A DNA stretch of 64,000 nucleotides from Macrostomum hystrix (lineage: Eukaryota; Animalia; Platyhelminthes). Numbering within the stretch: position 1 is the stretch's first letter; each line of letters begins with the position of its first letter. Location of the stretch: contig CATNEN010000002.1 of the NCBI GenBank assembly GCA_950097015.1, forward strand, positions 4,774,001-4,838,000. Direction: 5' to 3'. The position numbers and the translations under genes are program-made. The notes under the pieces were generated by a model. It made no database searches, had not been told where the DNA came from, and saw only the letters and a list, made by a program, of their open reading frames with translations. Positions 47,026-59,989 of the stretch are shown one piece after another.

Positions 47026-47097
47026 GGGCATTGTAGCCAATTTGTTTGAGCATGGGACTCACGACTCAAAGGTCAGGGGTTGAATTCCCCACTCCTT
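47026..47097 (+). pseudogene. Degenerate tRNA-like sequence (anticodon region CAC)
   Basis: gcattgtagcc...gagcatgggactcacgactcaaaggtcaggggttgaattcccc has tRNA-like spacing but poor stems. Confidence 0.3.
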
Positions 47098-47296
47098 TGG
47101 AACGATACGTGTCCTTTAGCAAGAAAACTATTACTAGAATTAAATTGGCAATACGAGCTACATGGTGGGTCTGGCGCCCCCCAGTCCATGGACTGAACAG
47201 CCGTACGCAGCCTTTTGGTGTAGCTTAAGGAGGCCAGTTCGCGCGACTCCGACAACGGCGAATCTAGTCAGGCCGAAAAAATATGAAAAAAAGATT

Positions 47297-47313
47297 CGCC
47301 CCCGGGTGGGCTC

Positions 47314-47350
<37 letters not shown>

Positions 47351-47370
47351 GCCGATTGCGCCACGGAGGC
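47297..47370 (-). tRNA. tRNA-Asn(GTT): tRNA-Asn(GTT), acceptor-stem variant
   Basis: 3' strand reads CCCGGGGGCG; different flanks; T-run terminator. Confidence 0.92.
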
Positions 47371-47619
47371 CGCCAGTGAGGTGGGAGACGAATCGGCAAT
47401 TTTAAGATTTCTCAAAGATCTGTTGGTGTCAGGAATTCCTTAGTCAGGCTTGTGGTTGGCAATTTCATTGGCTCGCGCATTTACACTTGGCAAATTTGAC
47501 GTGCTGACATTTCATTATCAGTTGTTTGCACTTTTTGCTCAGGAATTTTTAAGTCTTTTTTTATTTCTAAGCCCTGATTATTTCTGCCTGTCTCGCCTAC
47601 CACTCGGTCTCTTAACCAG

Positions 47620-48625
47620 CCACCTGACCCTCTTTATCTACTCCTCCACTACCCACTCACCCTCTCTAACTCACACTCTCACCCACCCTCTCACCCACCC
47701 TCTCTCACTAACACTCTCTCACCCACCCTCTCTCACTCACACTCTCTCACCCACCCTCTCTCACTAACACTCTCTCACCCACCCTCTCTCACTCACACTC
47801 TCTCACCCACCCTCTCTCACTAACACTCTCTCACTAACACTCTCTCACCCACCCTCTCACCCACCCTCTCTCACCCACCCTCTCTCACTAACACTCTCTC
47901 ACCCACCCTCTCTCACCCACCCTCTCTCACTAACACTCTCTCACTAACACTCTCTCACCCACCCTCTCTCACCCACCCTCTCTCACCCACCCTCTCTCAC
48001 CCACCCTCTCTCACCCACCCTCTCTCACCCACCCTTTCTCACTAACACTCTCTCACTAACACTCTCTCACTAACACTCTCTCACCCACCCTCTCACCCAC
48101 CCTCTCTCACCCACCCTCTCTCACTAACACTCTCTCACCCACCCTCTCTCACCCACCCTCTCTCACTAACACTCTCTCACTAACACTCTCTCACCCACCC
48201 TCTCTCACCCACCCTCTCTCACCCACCCTCTCTCACCCACCCTCTCTCACCCACCCTCTCTCACCCACCCTCTCTCACTAACACTCTCTCACTAACACTC
48301 TCTCACCCACCCTCTCTCACCCACCCTCTCTCACCCACCCTCTCTCACCCACCCTCTCTCACTAACACTCTCTCACTAACACTCTCTCACCCACCCTCTC
48401 TCACCCACCCTCTCTCACCCACCCTCTCTCACCCACCCTCTCTCACTAACACTCTCTCACCCACCCTCTCTCACCCACCCTCTCTCACCCACCCTCTCTC
48501 ACTAACACTCTCTCACCCACCCTCTCTCACTAACACTCTCTCACTAACACTCTCTCACCCACCCTCTCTCACTAACACTCTCTCACTAACACCCTCTCAC
48601 CCACCCTCTCTCACCTACCCTCTCT
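47620..48625. repeat. 14-bp two-variant minisatellite (ctctctcacccacc / ctctctcactaaca)
   Basis: Seen directly; almost no G on the + strand for 1 kb. Confidence 0.93.
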
Positions 48626-49254
48626 GACAGAAGGACGAAAGAGAAAAAATGTGAATCTTAATGATTTTCACCACTCCACATTTGAAATTGTGCAAAAAAA
48701 TGTATTTAAATTTATTGCACGTAAGTTTCTTGCTACAGAAAAGAAAGTGAGAAAGTTTATTAATAACAAAAAACTAAACAAACTTATTGACAGTCCTGAA
48801 ATCTTTCATTACGAGCTGTTTTCGCGCTTAAAAACGTTATAATAAGCATACTTATAGCTGTGAAATCTGGAATGGAATAAACTAGTTGATAAACGTGAAT
48901 CAGATGAGCTATTGTGTGCGATAAAAGTGCAATTGACAAGGTTTCAATTGCTAAATACAATTTAACAATTTGAAGTCTGGCTCATGTTTCGTAATCAAGT
49001 TAGGAACCGAAAACAATTAAGTATAAAAACAATGTTAATGAAGCTTTGCGCTAAAATTAATTGGCAAAAATTATTTCTTTTTAGTGATTTTGATTTGCAC
49101 ATTTAAAAGGCTGAAATATTACACTTTTATAAAAAAATTTTATGACGAGCTGTTTGCGAAATCTCCCCTATTTCATCGAACCCGCTCGTGTATCTTAATT
49201 CACGAAGCACTTATATTCAAGTAAATTCCAAAACGATATATATATATCTAAGGG

Positions 49255-49550
49255 AATCCCAAAACTATTAATATTGTAGGGAATCCCGTAACTATTTATA
49301 TCAAGGAAATCCCGAAACTATTTATATCAAGGGAATCCCGAAACTATTTATATCAAGGTAATCCCGAAACTATTTATATCAAGGAAATCCCGAAACTATT
49401 TATATCAAGGAAATCCCGAAACTATTTATATCAAGGGAATCCCGAAACTATTTATATCAAGGAAATCCCGAAACTATTTATATCAAGGAAATCCCGAAAC
49501 TATTTATACCCTAGTGAATCCCGAAACCATTTATATCGAGGGAATCGCGA
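49255..49550. repeat. 26-bp minisatellite (gaaactatttatatcaaggaaatccc)
   Basis: About 9 tandem units. Confidence 0.9.
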
Positions 49551-49675
49551 ACTAACTGGATCAAAGAGAATCCCAAACATTTTTATAAAAAATGTAACTG
49601 GCACCTTTTCTTAGCCGCGGCAAACCAAGTTTAAAATAAACTTACTGAGGATCTCATCCCAACTGTCAGTTGTGC

Positions 49676-49866
49676 TCAGCCACTCTGCGGCAGATTCCAA
49701 TGAGCATATTTCGAGTTCCAATCTCGATCAAAAACATCCTGAACCTGTTCAACTATGGATTCCTGTCTGTGGCCACGGCTGCCGTAGGAAGTCGTTGAAA
49801 TCTGCCTGATGCTGGCCGCTATGCCTGCCGTGTAGCGAAAGTACGAGCCCTCCCAGTTGGACGTAC
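49676..49866 (-). CDS. PLD3: PLD3-like exon 6 (last)
   Basis: TSNWEGSYFRYTAG...QVQDVFDRDWNSKYA-stop matches the PLD3 C-terminus; acceptor cttccaaag. Confidence 0.88.
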
Positions 49867-49939
49867 CTTTGGAAGATTTTGGATGCAGCGAATCGGTCAA
49901 TACGAATGTTAACTGGAATAACAGACAGACGTCACTCAC

Positions 49940-50042
49940 ATATGACAGCGGTGTCCTCAGTAACCATGTACTTGTTGTGATTGACTCTGGCAAAGGGAAT
50001 TGCCCGCTGCTCGTCAGTGAAATATGGGACTATGAAGTACTT
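49940..50042 (-). CDS. PLD3: PLD3-like exon 5 (second catalytic motif)
   Basis: KYFIVPYFTDEQRAIPFARVNHNKYMVTEDTAVI, with HxK(x4)E as in PLD3; acceptor ttttccag, donor gtgagt. Confidence 0.9.
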
Positions 50043-50149
50043 CTGGAAAATAGTTTTATTAATAAAGCGGACATCAACTTAACTTTACTTTTAGCATCAA
50101 GAGTTAACACTAACAAAATGAATACGGGTTTGCCTGAAAAATCTATTAC

Positions 50150-53100
50150 ACAATCACAAATATAGTACAGAATCCCAAATCTATCTACTACATAATCCCA
50201 AATATAGTACAGAATCCCAAATCTAGTAAATAATTCCAAATATAGTACAGAATCCCAAATCTAGTACAGAGTCCCAAATCTAGTACAGAATCCCTAATCT
50301 AGTACAGAATCCCAAATCTAGTACAGAATCCCTAATCTAGTACAGAATCCCTAATCTAGTACAGAATCCCAAATCTAGTACAGAATCCCAAATCTAGTAC
50401 AGAATCACTAATCTAGTACAGAATCCCTAATCTAGTACAGAATCCCAAATCTAGTACAGAATCCCACATCTAGTACAGAATCCCAAATCTAGTAAAAAAA
50501 TCCCAAATCTAGTACAGAATCCCTAATCTAGTACAGAATCCCAAATCTAGTACAGAATCACTAATCTAGTACAGAATCCCTAATCTAGTACAGAATCCCT
50601 AATCTAGTACAGAATCCCAAATCTAGTACAGAATCCTAAATCTAGAACCCAATCCCAAATATAGTACACAATCCCAAATCTAGTACAGAATCCCAAATCT
50701 AGTACAGAATCCCAAATCTAGTACAGAATCCCAAATCTAGTACAGAATCCCAAATCTAGTACAGAATCCCTAATCTAGTACAGAATCCCTAATCTAGTAC
50801 AGAATCCCAAATCTAGTAAAAAATCCCAAATCTAGTACAGAATCCCTAATCTAGTACAGAATCCCAAATCTAGTACAGAATCCTAAATCTAGAACCCAAT
50901 CCCAAATCTAGTAGAGAATCCCAAATCTAGTACAGAATCCCTAATCTAGTACAGAATCCCAAATCTAGTACAGAATCCCTAATCTAGTACAGAATCCCTA
51001 ATCTAGTACAGAATCCCAAATCTAGTACAGAATCCCAAATCTAGTACAGAATCACTAATCTAGTACAGAATCCCTAATCTAGTACAGAATCCCAAATCTA
51101 GTACAGAATCCCACATCTAGTACAGAATCCCAAATCTAGTAAAAAATCCCAAATCTAGTACAGAATCCCTAATCTAGTACAGAATCCCACATCTAGTGCA
51201 GAATCCCTAATCTAGTACAGAATCCCTAATCTAGTAGAGAATCCCAAATCTAGTACAGAATCCCTAATCTAGTACAGAATCCCTAATCTAGTACAGAATC
51301 CCTAATCTAGTACAGAATCCCTAATCTAGTACAGAATCCCAAATCTAGTACAGAATCCCAAATCTAGTAGAGAATCCCAAATCTAGTACAGAATCCCTAA
51401 TCTAGTACAGAATCCCAAATCTAGTACAGAATCCCTAATCTAGTACAGAATCCCTAATCTAGTACAGAATCCCTAATCTAGTACAGAATCCCAAATCTAG
51501 TACAGAATCACTAATCTAGTACAGAATCCCTAATCTAGTACAGAATCCCAAATCTAGTACAGAATCCCACATCTAGTACAGAATCCCAAATCTAGTAAAA
51601 AATCCCAAATCTAGTACAGAATCCCTAATCTAGTACAGAATCCCAAATCTAGTACAGAATCCCTAATCTAGTACAGAATCCCTAATCTAGTACAGAATCC
51701 CTAATCTAGTACAGAATCCCAAATCTAGTACAGAATCCCAAATCTAGTAAAAAATCCCAAATATAGTACACAATCCCAAATATAGTACACAATCCCAAAT
51801 ATAGTACACAATCCCAAATATAGTTCACAATCCCAAATATAGTACACAATCCCAAATCTAGTACAGAATCCCAAATCTAGTACAGAATCCCAAATCTAGT
51901 ACAGAATCCCAAATCTAGTACAGAATCCCTAATCTAGTACAGAATCCCTAATCTAGTACAGAATCCCAAATCTAGTAAAAAATCCCAAATCTAGTACAGA
52001 ATCCCTAATCTAGTACAGAATCCCTAATCTAGTACAGAATCCCTAATCTAGTACAGAATCCCAAATCTAGTACAGAATCACTAATCTAGTACAGAATCCC
52101 TAATCTAGTACAGAATCCCAAATCTAGTACAGAATCCCACATCTAGTACAGAATCCCAAATCTAGTAAAAAATCCCAAATCTAGTACAGAATCCCTAATC
52201 TAGTACAGAATCCCAAATCTAGTACAGAATCCCTAATCTAGTACAGAATCCCTAATCTAGTACAGAATCCCTAATCTAGTACAGAATCCCAAATCTAGTA
52301 CAGAATCCCAAATCTAGTAAAAAATCCCAAATATAGTACACAATCCCAAATATAGTACACAATCCCAAATATAGTACACAATCCCAAATATAGTACACAA
52401 TCCCAAATCTAGTACAGAATCCCAAATCTAGTACAGAATCCCAAATCTAGTACAGAATCCCAAATCTAGTAAATAATTCCAAATATAGTACAGAATCCCA
52501 AATCTAGTACAGAGTCCCAAATCTAGTACAGAATCCCTAATCTAGTACAGAATCCCAAATCTAGTACAGAATCCCTAATCTAGTACAGAATCCCTAATCT
52601 AGTACAGAATCCCAAATCTAGTACAGAATCCCAAATCTAGTACAGAATCACTAATCTAGTACAGAATCCCTAATCTAGTACAGAATCCCAAATCTAGTAC
52701 AGAATCCCACATCTAGTACAGAATCCCAAATCTAGTAAAAAAATCCCAAATCTAGTACAGAATCCCTAATCTAGTACAGAATCCCAAATCTAGTACAGAA
52801 TCCCTAATCTAGTACAGAATCCCTAATCTAGTACAGAATCCCTAATCTAGTACAGAATCCCAAATCTAGTACAGAATCCCAAATCTAGTAAAAAATCCCA
52901 AATATAGTACACAATCCCAAATATAGTACACAATCCCAAATATAGTACACAATCCCAAATATAGTACACAATCCCAAATCTAGTACAGAATCCCAAATCT
53001 AGTACAGAATCCCAAATCTAGTACAGAATCCCAAATCTAGTACAGAATCCCAAATCTAGTACAGAATCCCTAATCTAGTACAGAATCCCTAATCTAGTAC

Positions 53101-53208
53101 AGAATCCCAAATCTAGTAAAAAATCCCAAATCTAGTACAGAATCCCTAATCTAGTACAGAATCCCTAATCTAGTACAGAATCCCTAATCTAGTAGAGAAT
53201 CCCAAATC
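50150..53208. repeat. 19-bp minisatellite, ~3 kb (aatcc(c/t)aaatctagtacag), filling PLD3-like intron 4
   Basis: About 160 tandem units with recurring variant blocks. Confidence 0.95.
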
Positions 53209-53262
53209 ATAACCCATCAAATTACAAAACATTCATTAGCATAAATGAAAACTATCACGCAC

Positions 53263-53562
53263 CCCTTCAATGGAGATCTTGGTGCTGTTCAGTGACGTCA
53301 GTGACCGCAGGAACAGGCCCACATAGACACTGCTGTGGTTCCAATGGGACACCAGCACGCGAACTCGGGTGCCGTTCATGGCGGCTGTGCGCAGAGCCGA
53401 GTCGATGACCCCCCAGAACTCGCGCTGGTGCGGGTTGTTCTGAATGGCGGCCTCATAGTCCATCACGGCTATGTGGACAAACTTCCGAGCCGATAGGATG
53501 GCACTGACAATGGCGTCAATGTCACGTGACCAGCCGCTGGGAGTCAGCTGTGCCGGTGACAC
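53263..53562 (-). CDS. PLD3: PLD3-like exon 4
   Basis: VSPAQLTPSGWSRDIDAI...FVHIAVMDY...FWGVIDSALRTAA...RVRVLVSHW; acceptor tctctcag, donor gtgcgt; phase 0/0. Confidence 0.88.
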
Positions 53563-53659
53563 CTGAGAGATTGACCGATTTTTTGGAGATTCCAAAATGA
53601 GCTAAGGTGATTCCATAATTTTATTGAGGCGATTCTAAAAACTAGATTCGGAAGACGAT

Positions 53660-53960
53660 TAGACAGATACCAGAAATCCATTGGGAAGATTCCAGAAATC
53701 TATTTGGAAGACTCCAGAACCCGATTGGGAAGATTCCAGAACCCGATTGGGAAGATTCCAGAAATCTGTTGAAAATATTCCAGAAATCGATTGGGAAGAT
53801 TCCAGAAATCGATTTGGAAGATTCCAGAAATCGATTTGGAAGATTCCAGACATCGACTGGGAAGATTCCAGAAATCGATTGGGAAGATTCCAGAAATCGA
53901 TTAAGAAGATTCCAGAAATCGATTGAGAAGACTCCAGAAATCGATTGGGAAGATTCCACT
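53660..53960. repeat. 22-bp minisatellite (gaagattccagaaatcgattgg) in PLD3-like intron 3
   Basis: Tandem units seen directly. Confidence 0.9.
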
Positions 53961-54123
53961 TAAAATCGCTAATATTCTATTCAAGCCGGGAAGATTTCAT
54001 CTAGCTAGCAAAGCTGGAAGGAATTAGTTTAAATTTCTCTGAAATTTGAATATTCTGTGAGACTTAGCTAAAGAAGATTTTGCAGATAGCTGCTAAGTCA
54101 AAGAAGAAAACCGGCTCACTCAC

Positions 54124-54321
54124 ACCCAGGTAGATGGAGTACTTGAAGCTGCCAACACTGGCAATCCACGGATGGCTGGCGTTGAAGGCGGCAGCGAGTT
54201 CGTTAGGCCAGCTGGCTGGAATTCGATTCCGTTTGCCCACCAGCCAGTAGGTCCAGAAGACTTTGTTCAGCTCGCCTACCAGAATTGGACAGCCTTCAAA
54301 TAGAATGCCGAGCTCCTTCAC
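54124..54321 (-). CDS. PLD3: PLD3-like exon 3
   Basis: VKELGILFEGCPILVGELNKVFWTYW...WP...FN...IYLG; acceptor gtccag, donor gtgagt. Confidence 0.88.
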
Positions 54322-54369
54322 CTGGACAATGGGCACCGAGTTTCAGTGAGATTAATCATTGGATTGAGA

Positions 54370-55335
54370 TGGAGAGAAGTAGAGTTGGAGGAAGAGAAGT
54401 AGAGTTAGAGGGAAGTAGAGTTAGGTGGAAGTAGAGTTAAAGAGAGAGAAGCAGAGTTAGAGGGAGAGAAGCAGAGTTAGAGGGAGAGAAGCAGAGTCGC
54501 AGGGAGAGAATTAAAGTCGCAGGGAGAGAAGTAGAGTCGCAGGGAGAGAATTAAAGTCGCAGGGAGAGAAGTAGAGTCGGAGGGAAAGAAGTAGAGTCGG
54601 AGGGAGAGAAATAGAGTGGAGTAGAGAAGTAGAGTAAAGTAGAGAAGTAGGGTGGGGGTAGAGAAGTAGAATGGGGGTAGAGAAGTAGAATTGGGGTAGA
54701 GAAGTAGAATGGGGGTAGATAAGTAGGGTGGGGGTAGAGAAGTAGGATTGGGTAGAGAAGTAGGGTGGGGGTAGAGAAGTAGAGTAAAGTAGAGAAGTAG
54801 GGTGGGGGTAGAGAAGTAGAATTGGGGTAGAGAAGTAGAATTGGGGTAGAGAAGTAGAATGGGGGTAGATAAGTAGGGTGGGGGTAGAGAAGTAGGATTG
54901 GGTAGAGAAGTAGGGTGGGGGTAGAGAAGTAGGGTGGGGTTAGGGTAGAGAAGTCGAATGGGGATAGATAAGTAGGGTGGGGGTAGAGAAGTAGAATGGG
55001 GGTAGATAAGTAGGGTGGGGGTAGAGAAGTAGGGTGGGGTTAGGGTAGAGAAGTCGAATGGGGATAGATAAGTAGGGTGGGGGTAGAGAAGTAGAATGGG
55101 GGTAGATAAGTAGGGTGGGGGTAGAGAAGTAGGGTGGGGTAGAGAAGTAGGGTGGGGGTAGAGAAGTAGGGAGGGGTTAGTGTAGAGAAGTCGAATGGGG
55201 ATAGATAAGTAGGGTGGGGGTAGAGAAGTAGAATGGGGGTAGATAAGTAGGGTGGGGGTAGAGAAGTAGAATGGGGGTTATATAAGTAGGGTGGGGGTAG
55301 AGAAGTAGGGTGGGGGTAGAGAAGTAGGATGGGGG
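54370..55335. repeat. Purine/G-rich minisatellite (gggtgggggtagagaagta-type) in PLD3-like intron 2
   Basis: Seen directly; G-run rich on the + strand. Confidence 0.9.
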
Positions 55336-55355
55336 TTGAAAGTTTCATGTTTCAC

Positions 55356-55607
55356 CTGGGTGAGGGATCGCCAGTCGATGTTTGAGCTGCCCAGGTAGGC
55401 ATGCCTGCCGTCTGCCAGGACCATCTTGGCATGCTGAACTCCCCCGCCGAGCAGTTCGTGGATGTTGACCCGGACCACGTGGACATTGGGCTGCTCAGCC
55501 AGCTGCTCCAGATCGCTTTCGTTGAAATTGAAGCCGCCGATATTGTTGGCGATGAGCACTGGGACCTGCTGGCTTCGATTTATCACCGCTGAGAACAACT
55601 GCTCACC
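55356..55607 (-). CDS. PLD3: PLD3-like exon 2 (first HKD motif)
   Basis: GEQLF...GGGVQHAKMVLADGRHAYLGSSNIDWRSLTQ, with HxK(x4)D and the DWRSLTQVKELG signature completed across the intron. Confidence 0.92.
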
Positions 55608-55669
55608 CTGGATTGTTGAGGTTGGGGATTGTCGATTTGACATGTGAGAAACAGGTGCAAATTCGGGAG

Positions 55670-56100
55670 AAACAGGTAGGGAATGGGAGGAACAGGTAGG
55701 GAATCGGAGGAACAGGTAGGGAATGGGAGTAATAGGTAGGGAATGGGAGGAACAGGTAGGGAATGGGAGTAATAGGTAGGAAATGGGAGGAACAGGTAGG
55801 GAATGGGAGTAATAGGTAGGGAATGGGAGGAACAGGTAGGGAATGGGAGTAATAGGTAGGAAATGGGAGGAACAAGTGGGGAAGGAGGAACAGGTGGGGA
55901 ATGGGAGGAACAGGTGGGGAAGGAGGAACAGGTGGGGAAGGAGGAACAAGTGGGGAATGGGAGGAACAAGTGGGGAAGGAGGAACAGGTGGGGAAGGAGG
56001 AACAAGTGGGGAATGGGAGGAACAAGTGGGGAAGGAGGAACAGGTGGGGAAGGAGGAACATGTGGGGAATGGGAGGAACAGGTGGGGAAGGAGGAACAGG
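55670..56100. repeat. Purine-rich minisatellite (ggaggaacaggt(a/g)gggaatg-type) in PLD3-like intron 1
   Basis: Seen directly. Confidence 0.9.
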
Positions 56101-56125
56101 GTGAACATGAGCTGTGCCCCCTTAC

Positions 56126-56425
56126 CTTAAAGGCTAAATTTCCGGGTTTCTGCATAATATCGTAGCCTTTCAATGACCAATAGAATGACGCAAACTTGAG
56201 TTCCTTGATTGCGGCGCCAACCAGGAACTGGTAGGCGGAATAGGTGCTCATGTGCTCAGCTGTCGTGTTGGCAAAGGTGAGATTCTCCGGAATAGTTTCC
56301 ACAAGGGACAGGCTGCAGTCATGGTCAGGCTCTGGCTCGTAGAAGAGTGTTTTGGCGAAGCTGCTGCTAGAGCAGGCTGTCAAAAACAATAACAGCAGAA
56401 AAATTCTCATGGCTGGCTTCTTCAT
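56126..56425 (-). CDS. PLD3: PLD3-like exon 1 with signal-peptide-like N-terminus
   Basis: MKKPAMRIFLLLLFLTACSSSSFA...CSLSLVETIPENL...ASFYWSL; donor gtaagg. The start may be 56425 or 56410. Confidence 0.88.
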
Positions 56426-56799
56426 TCTTCTTTTGAGTTGAATAATGAATTTAAGCATGCGACATGCAGGGCTCTAGTTATTTAGACCTTACCGATTCAG
56501 ACGAGACAAAGCTGTGCCCATGTGCGTGTGTTCATGTGCGTTTCCCACAAGCCTTATCTCCTTCCCCCCCAACCGCCCGTCATTTCATTATGTACATTCA
56601 ATGTACACTCATTTCTAGATTCTACAGTCATACCTGCCTTACTAAAATGCGCGACTTGACTCCGAGAGATAAGGCAAAGGCAATTGCTAAGTAAACAAGT
56701 AGCTGAAAATAATTTCTTGAAGCGAAGGTCACAAATCTGAAAGAGAACTTCTTGTTATGCATAGCGACTCGAAATTTGCAAAGCGAGATTATGAGTCCG

Positions 56800-57320
56800 G
56801 GTGATATGAAGGGATGCAGGGTGATATGAATAGATGCAGGGTGATATGAAGGGATGCAGGGTGATATGAATAGATGCAGGGTGATATGAAGGGATGCAGG
56901 GTGATATGAATAGATGCAGGGTGATATAAATAGATGCAGGGTGATATAAATAGATGCAGGGTGATATAAATAGATGCAGGGTGATATAAATAGATGCAGG
57001 GTGATATAAATAGATGCAGGGTGATATAAATAGATGCAGGGTGATATGAAGGGATGCAGGGTGATATGAAGGGATGCAGGGTGATATAAATAGATGCAGG
57101 GTGATATGAAGGGATGCAGGGTGATATAAATAGATGCAGGGTGATATGAAGGGATGCAGGGTGATATAAATAGATGCAGGGTGATATGAAGGGATGCAGG
57201 GTGATATGAAAAAATGCATGGTAATATGAAGAGAGGAAGGGTAATATGCAGAGAGGAAGGGAAATATGCAGAGAGGAAGGGAAATATGCAGAGAGGAAGG
57301 GAAATATGAAGGGAGGAAGG
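56800..57320. repeat. 20-bp minisatellite (gcagggtgatat(g/a)aa(gg/ta)gat) in the divergent intergenic region
   Basis: Seen directly. Confidence 0.92.
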
Positions 57321-57848
57321 TCCAAGTCACGTCCAAGTCATGTATTAGGCGATTTTGTGATAATCTAGAAATTATAAATGCTTCATATGCTTCCATTTAT
57401 ATTTAGAAACTAAATGCAGCATAGAATAGTGTCCTCGATTCCTTATCAGATTTAAGTAGCTAGGCTAAATTTCGCAATGACTTTGCTATGCGAAACACTA
57501 ATAGACAACAGACTGTGTTAGGTATTGATTGCACTTATTCTTTGCAAACACTGTCTCCAAAAAAAATAACTGTGAAGCTTAGAAAGCAAAATGATTGTGG
57601 CATATTTTTCTTTCTTTTTTGAATTGACTGCCATGTACTCAGAGTACAATTATTTAGCGGTAATAGGAGACGAAAAAATTAAACTGTACAGTTTGTTGCT
57701 TGTTACCCTGAGTCACCCAACCAGGCCTTTTACGCAATGTACTGTACCACCCTTAACCAGCTCATTTCCTGACGTTCCTTTCCTGATAAAAAGACGTTTT
57801 AATTCAGCATTCCACTCAATGCTTTTAATTAGCTGCGTACACACAGTC

Positions 57849-59989
57849 ATGGAAGTGCTCTGGCGAGCCCTGAGAACAGTCGCTGTTGTGCTCATGCAAG
57901 CGGTTGGATGCGCGGTGGAGCATAGCAACCCTGTAACTGACCAGCAGATTCTGATGGCCGTGGTGTCGGATAATCTGGAGACCATTGTGCAGTACCTTCG
58001 GCAGCCCGCTAATGTTGACAGACGCTTCCTGATCCGGGGTCAGCTGTTGTCTCCACTGCATCTGGCTTGTCAGCTGGGAAAGCTAAGCGTTGTCAAACTG
58101 TTTATTCAGGCGAAGGCAGACGTCAATATCACTGGGGGAGAACACGGCTACTCGCCGCTTCACTTTGCATCGCACTTCGGTCATCAGTCAGTTTTAGACC
58201 TGCTCATCTGTGCTCAGGCGAATGTCAACAGTCAGGACTCTGATGGCTACTCTCCTCTGTACATTGCATCGAACTTCGGTCACCAGAGTATCGTGGAAAC
58301 CCTAGTCAGAGCGCTCGCAGACCCTGACCTAGCTAGCAATACAGGCGAGTCGTCGCTCTACATTGCATCAAACTTTGGTCACCAGAAAGTTGTGGACGCA
58401 CTTTTAAAGGCCCAAGCCGATGTCAATATTCAAGAGAGGAGCAATGGCTCTTCATCCCTGTACATCGCATCTCAGAATGGCCATTGGCTAGTTGTGGACT
58501 CCCTCATCAAAGCGCAAGCCGACGTCGATCTAGTAGAAAATGACGGATTCTCAGCGCTGTACATCGCATCTCAGAATGGTCACCTGAGGGTCGTCGATTT
58601 ACTAATACAGGGACAAGCCGACGTAAACCTGAAAGAAAAGTCTTTCGGCTCATCAGCAATCTATATCGCATCACAGAATGGTCATGAAAACATCGTTGAC
58701 CTTCTCATCAATGCCCAAGCTGATGTCAACTTTCACGTTGCGCGAAACGGATACTCAGCGATTTACTACGCTTCCAGGCAAGGCCGTGCGAATGTCGTGC
58801 ACCTGCTCATTAAAGCCGGAGCCAATGTCAACATTCAGGCAAACACTGGCGAGTCCCCGATTTTGATTGCTTCACTGTACGGTCATCTGAAAGTTGTGGA
58901 CACGCTCATCAAAGCAAAAGCCGACGTCAATCTTCAAGCCAGCAATGGATTTTCGCCTCTCCACGTTGCAGCCCAAGCTGGTCATCAGCAAGTGCTGGAG
59001 CTACTGATCAAAGCAGGAGCCAAACTCGATATTCGATCGCAAAATGGCGAGTCACCGCTTTACATTGCGTCACAGAATGGCCATCGTGATGTTGTTTATT
59101 CACTTGCCCAATCAAAAGCTGACGTCAATCTGCAGAGAAACAATGGCGAGTCACCTCTCTACATTGCGTCGCAAAACGGACATCAGACAGTTGTGGACTT
59201 GCTCATCAGATTCAAAGCGAACTGCAATCTTCAAAGCAACACTGGTGCGGCTTCAATCTATACAGCATCGCATTTCGGACATCAGCAAGTTGTGAAGTCC
59301 TTGGTTAAAGCCGAGGCTGATGTTGATCTTCAAATGAACTCTGGCGACTCACCTCTCTTTATTGCTTCACATTTCGGGCACCATAAGGTTGTGGCGGTTC
59401 TCATCGACGCTCAGGCTGATGTAAACCTTCAAAACAAAGCGGGCGAGTCACCTGTCTACACCGCTTCAGCTGGCGGACATAAGGAAGCAGTCGACTTACT
59501 CATCGGAGCGCAAGCTGATGTCAATCTTCCAGAAAAGCACGGAGTCTCCCCCCTTTTCATTGCATCTCAGGATGGCCACCTGAGTGTTGTGAAATCGCTT
59601 TTAAAAGCGCAAGCTCATGTCGATCGTCAGACAAATACCAGATCTTCGCCGCTTTACATTGCATCGCAGAACGGCCATCAGCTTGTCGTGGACTCGCTAT
59701 TAGAGGCAGAAGCAGACGTAAACATTCAGACCAACTCCGGCTGTTCGTCCCTTTACATAGCCTCACAAAATGGTCACAATAGCATTGTTAAGTCACTAAT
59801 CAGAGCGCAGGCCCAAATCGATCTTCGAACAGACAATGGGTTGTCGCCACTCGATGTCGCCTCGTACTTCGGTCATAATGAAGTCGTTCGCTCTCTCACA
59901 AATGCACTTTTATACGGCTGCATTTCAAGTCTGAAGCACGAACTGAGTGCTTCAAATTCTGAAAGCGCGTCTCTTCAGCTGGAAGTATT
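57849..59989 (+). CDS. ANK-cGLR gene, exon encoding about 19 ankyrin repeats
   Basis: Highly self-similar SPLYIASQNGHxxVVxxLxxAxADVN units. Donor gtaagc at 59990 (phase 2) precedes the ORF stop. The start Met is uncertain; 57849 is preferred. Confidence 0.88.

Noticed and set aside
55040-57396. Pro/His-rich ORFs around the PLD3-like gene
   Set aside because: They are translations of intronic and intergenic minisatellites fused to real exon ends.
57591-57848. N-terminal 86 aa of the 800-aa ankyrin ORF
   Set aside because: The composition is intron/UTR-like and AT-rich, and an acacag acceptor-like site precedes ATG 57849; probably not coding.
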